Source of the DNA: Eledone cirrhosa
Taxonomy: Eukaryota
Assembly (NCBI GenBank): GCA_964016885.1
Contig: OZ024744.1
Span: 126,666,001 to 126,730,000 of the forward strand
DNA: 64,000 nucleotides
Reading direction: 5' to 3'
Part shown: positions 61,221-64,000 of the stretch, piece by piece
Position numbering within the stretch: position 1 is the stretch's first letter
Layout: the number at the start of each line of letters is the position of its first letter
Translations under genes and position numbers: made by a program
Notes under the pieces: model-generated
The model's database searches: none
What the model saw: only the letters and a program-made list of their open reading frames with translations
Told to the model about the DNA's origin: nothing

Positions 61221-63492
61221 ACACGCGCGCGCGCGCGCACGCACACACGGATGTATTGCATACGCAAACTGAGCACACAACACACAACATACAAAAACAA
61301 GATGGTGTAGGATAGAACAAAGGAGAGACACAAAAAATTTAACAAGTTTGAAGTCAATCGGAGTAGAAATGTGGAGTTGTATAGACTTTGCAAAAATGAG
61401 GACATACAGACAACATCAGTTTTATATATATAGATAATTGTCTACATGTGCTGACTACAATATATATTGTTCAATCATATGCAATACTTAATTATTTATC
61501 ACACATCATCAGTAAGCCTATAATGGTGGAAGTGAGTATTCACTATTGTTAGAATTCAGCAATGGGATTTTCGTTTAAGAAAGTATAAATAAGTCAAAAT
61601 GACAATAAAAATAGAATACATCTAGCCAAGCTTTATAACTGGCACTCTTTTGGACACGAAAAGAAGAAGAATACAGAGTTGTGTGTCTAAGACAGGTAGT
61701 CTGTGGTTTGGGCAGTGTATGTTGATACTCTAGTGGATGGAGTTGGGTATTTATTTGCTGAATGATTTCCATACCGTTTATTTCTAGTCCCTTGATGATT
61801 TCTTTAGCGGCATGTCTTTACTACTATACAAATAATCTCTACATAATGGGAGTACATATTTAGGGGTAAATAGTTATTGGCTACTCTTTCTTTATGTGCC
61901 CTTTCCAACAATATAATAAAGAGATTGGCTAAATCACGGGTGATGCTGACCGATGTTAGCCCCTCAATATTGTTCTTATACTGACAATTTTCCTTGTCTG
62001 ATCATGGTTTTCGGGGGGTCTTTATAGCTCAGGTCCACGCGCTCCATCTTTTTTGTCATTGGAATAATGGGTGGTGGTCTGCTACATCACAAACTGGTGG
62101 GACAGAGACGGCAAAACATAATAATTGTGTAGATATTCTTTGTCACAAATGAGTCTAGGGAGGATTCACTGGACCCTGATTGACACTCAGGGCATTCTAC
62201 ATCACTCACGGGGACCATAACCTCACAGTTTTCCACAGTAACAGCAACGTCAATAGATGGGTGAAGGAATAGTACATACATACTAAATATCACACAACTT
62301 GTCAGGTCACAGGTGAAAGTTGCATTCAGTGGTTCTGTTGATGAGGTCGGGAGTTCGTTACTTAACTAGTAATAAACCCAGCAATTGCTCAAGTTACGGA
62401 GTTTGTATATCTCTGTCACAAACTATCATCAAACAGCAATGGAATGGTTGCTGCGCAGTCTGCAACAGGCGGAGTTTAGCGTCACAAGCAGAATATTCAA
62501 TTAGTATATATGATTTCATTGCAAACATAACTCTCCCGAACTATATCAATATTTGTTTCAATACCCGAATTCAAATCAACAGACTTGAAAGCTGATTGCA
62601 ATTATACAAACAAGCCTCAATTTTATAGCCATGTCAGTATAATGAACCCTTCATTCTTGCTCTTGTGTTGGCATGTGAACAGAACTGCAGACACTAATGT
62701 TTCTAGGTATCACCCTTCATCAGTACAGCCTACTGTTCACCTGCCAAACTGTCAGAGCTAGTGAAAATATATGCTATTTTCAAAAATACACAGTGACTGA
62801 TCGGCCTGATTTGCATATTAGCAGACTGGTTGATCAGTCAAATCTGCATATTAGCAGATCCACTGATTAGCCAGATTTGCTTATCAGCAGACTGGTTTAA
62901 TATTCTCAATATATTTTCCAGGTGACCGTTCCACTGTATTCTCTTCTCAGTGCACCAATAATGACTAAAATACTTTTAAAACGTCTAATTTAAACATTAT
63001 ATATTAAGTTATTCAGTAATTTATTTAAGTTTTGAACCGTAAATTTCAAACAACTTAATTCAGGCAAGAATAACACATTTTTATATTAAAAACTCCCTAT
63101 CATAATCCAGGATAAATATTTTATTGACCTCTATAATTAGGGACGTTCAAAGGGGGGTAAAAGAAAGGGTTACTTATTATTTTCATCCTTACATATTCCA
63201 GTTAAGACTGCTGTAGAGAAATAGTATATCTGTTCTTCCGGACCAGTAGGAAACTGTACAATATTTGTGTCATAATAGCAGACACCTCACATATGACTAG
63301 CCACACTTTACTCCTTTCGGAAGTTTTACATGTGTGGAATAAGAAAGAATGACATTGACAGAACAAACCAAAGAAATGGTTCGAATTGATTAAAAAAACA
63401 ACTTATTCTACCATTTCCTCAAATTAACAACAAACTCTTCACAAAAAAACCTTCTAGTTTTCCTATTAATTTCTTCCGTATTTTTTTTCCAG

Positions 63493-63558
63493 TTATGTCT
63501 CCTGTAGAGAACCTTGTCTCTCAGCCAGACAAACTAACAGATACTGTCTCCAAAGAAC
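63493..63558 (+). CDS. Candidate 66-bp phase-1/1 exon, frame-compatible with 59164-59389
   Basis: T-rich tract plus CCAG acceptor and GTAAGT donor. The joined frame is open: (V)MSPVENLVSQPDKLTDTVSKE. Confidence 0.55.
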
Positions 63559-64000
63559 GTAAGTTATATTTCAACCAAACTTTCTATTAGTCTGTACAGA
63601 AAACTATGACACGTGTTTCAACATTAATCTCAAATCGAGATTACATTATATATTTGTAAACATGGAAGACTATATATTGTGTATGCTGGAACTGATGAAT
63701 AAAATAGTGTGTATATATATATAAATGAAGTCATGCTGGTGTTTTGCGTATGTTGATGTATACATATATGTATATTGGGTTGTATATAACATTATCGAGT
63801 AACAGGTTGTGTGCGTTTGTCCATTGGCGGCTTTTGCAGTGTAGTTTGTGTAATGATGTGTTTGAGTACTGTGAGTGCGTAAGTGAGTGTGATGTTCTGT
63901 GTGCACACACTGTATGCGTGTGTATGTAAGAATACATTTTAGTTATAACGGGGTCGATAAAATAAAGTTCCAGTAATCTACTGGCTAATTGCTGGCCTTG

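Noticed and set aside
61575-62900. Moderately complex region that may be a decayed coding sequence on the minus strand
   Set aside because: It has multiple stops and no motif I could identify with confidence.

Overview
This is eukaryotic, repeat-rich animal DNA. The SINE families and microsatellite style fit an octopod cephalopod best, which is an inference. Bases 1-21.3 kb are a 48-bp satellite (about 445 units) that grew out of an internal segment of a SINE. It is organised into nested higher-order repeats of 383 bp and about 2.35-2.9 kb. Five coding exons of the kinetochore gene NDC80/HEC1 (N-terminal tail and calponin-homology domain, about 212 aa) lie at 22.7-34.9 kb on the + strand. Their introns hold SINEs, MITEs, minisatellites and long hairpins. 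No further NDC80 exon is recognisable in the window. Bases 35.5-57.7 kb are a pile-up of non-LTR retrotransposons: a near-full-length Tx1/L1-type element with an internally deleted tandem copy in (ATT)n, an R4/Dong-type element, an RTE-type element, a Penelope-like element, a second Tx1-type family in (AT)n, and a PHD-bearing CRE-type element. Two frame-compatible candidate exons of an unidentified gene sit at 59.2 and 63.5 kb. I found no clearly new multi-gene system. The best leads are the SINE-born higher-order satellite, the microsatellite-targeting Tx1 elements with a structured 5' leader, and a possibly truncated NDC80. All calls are by eye, with no database searches.
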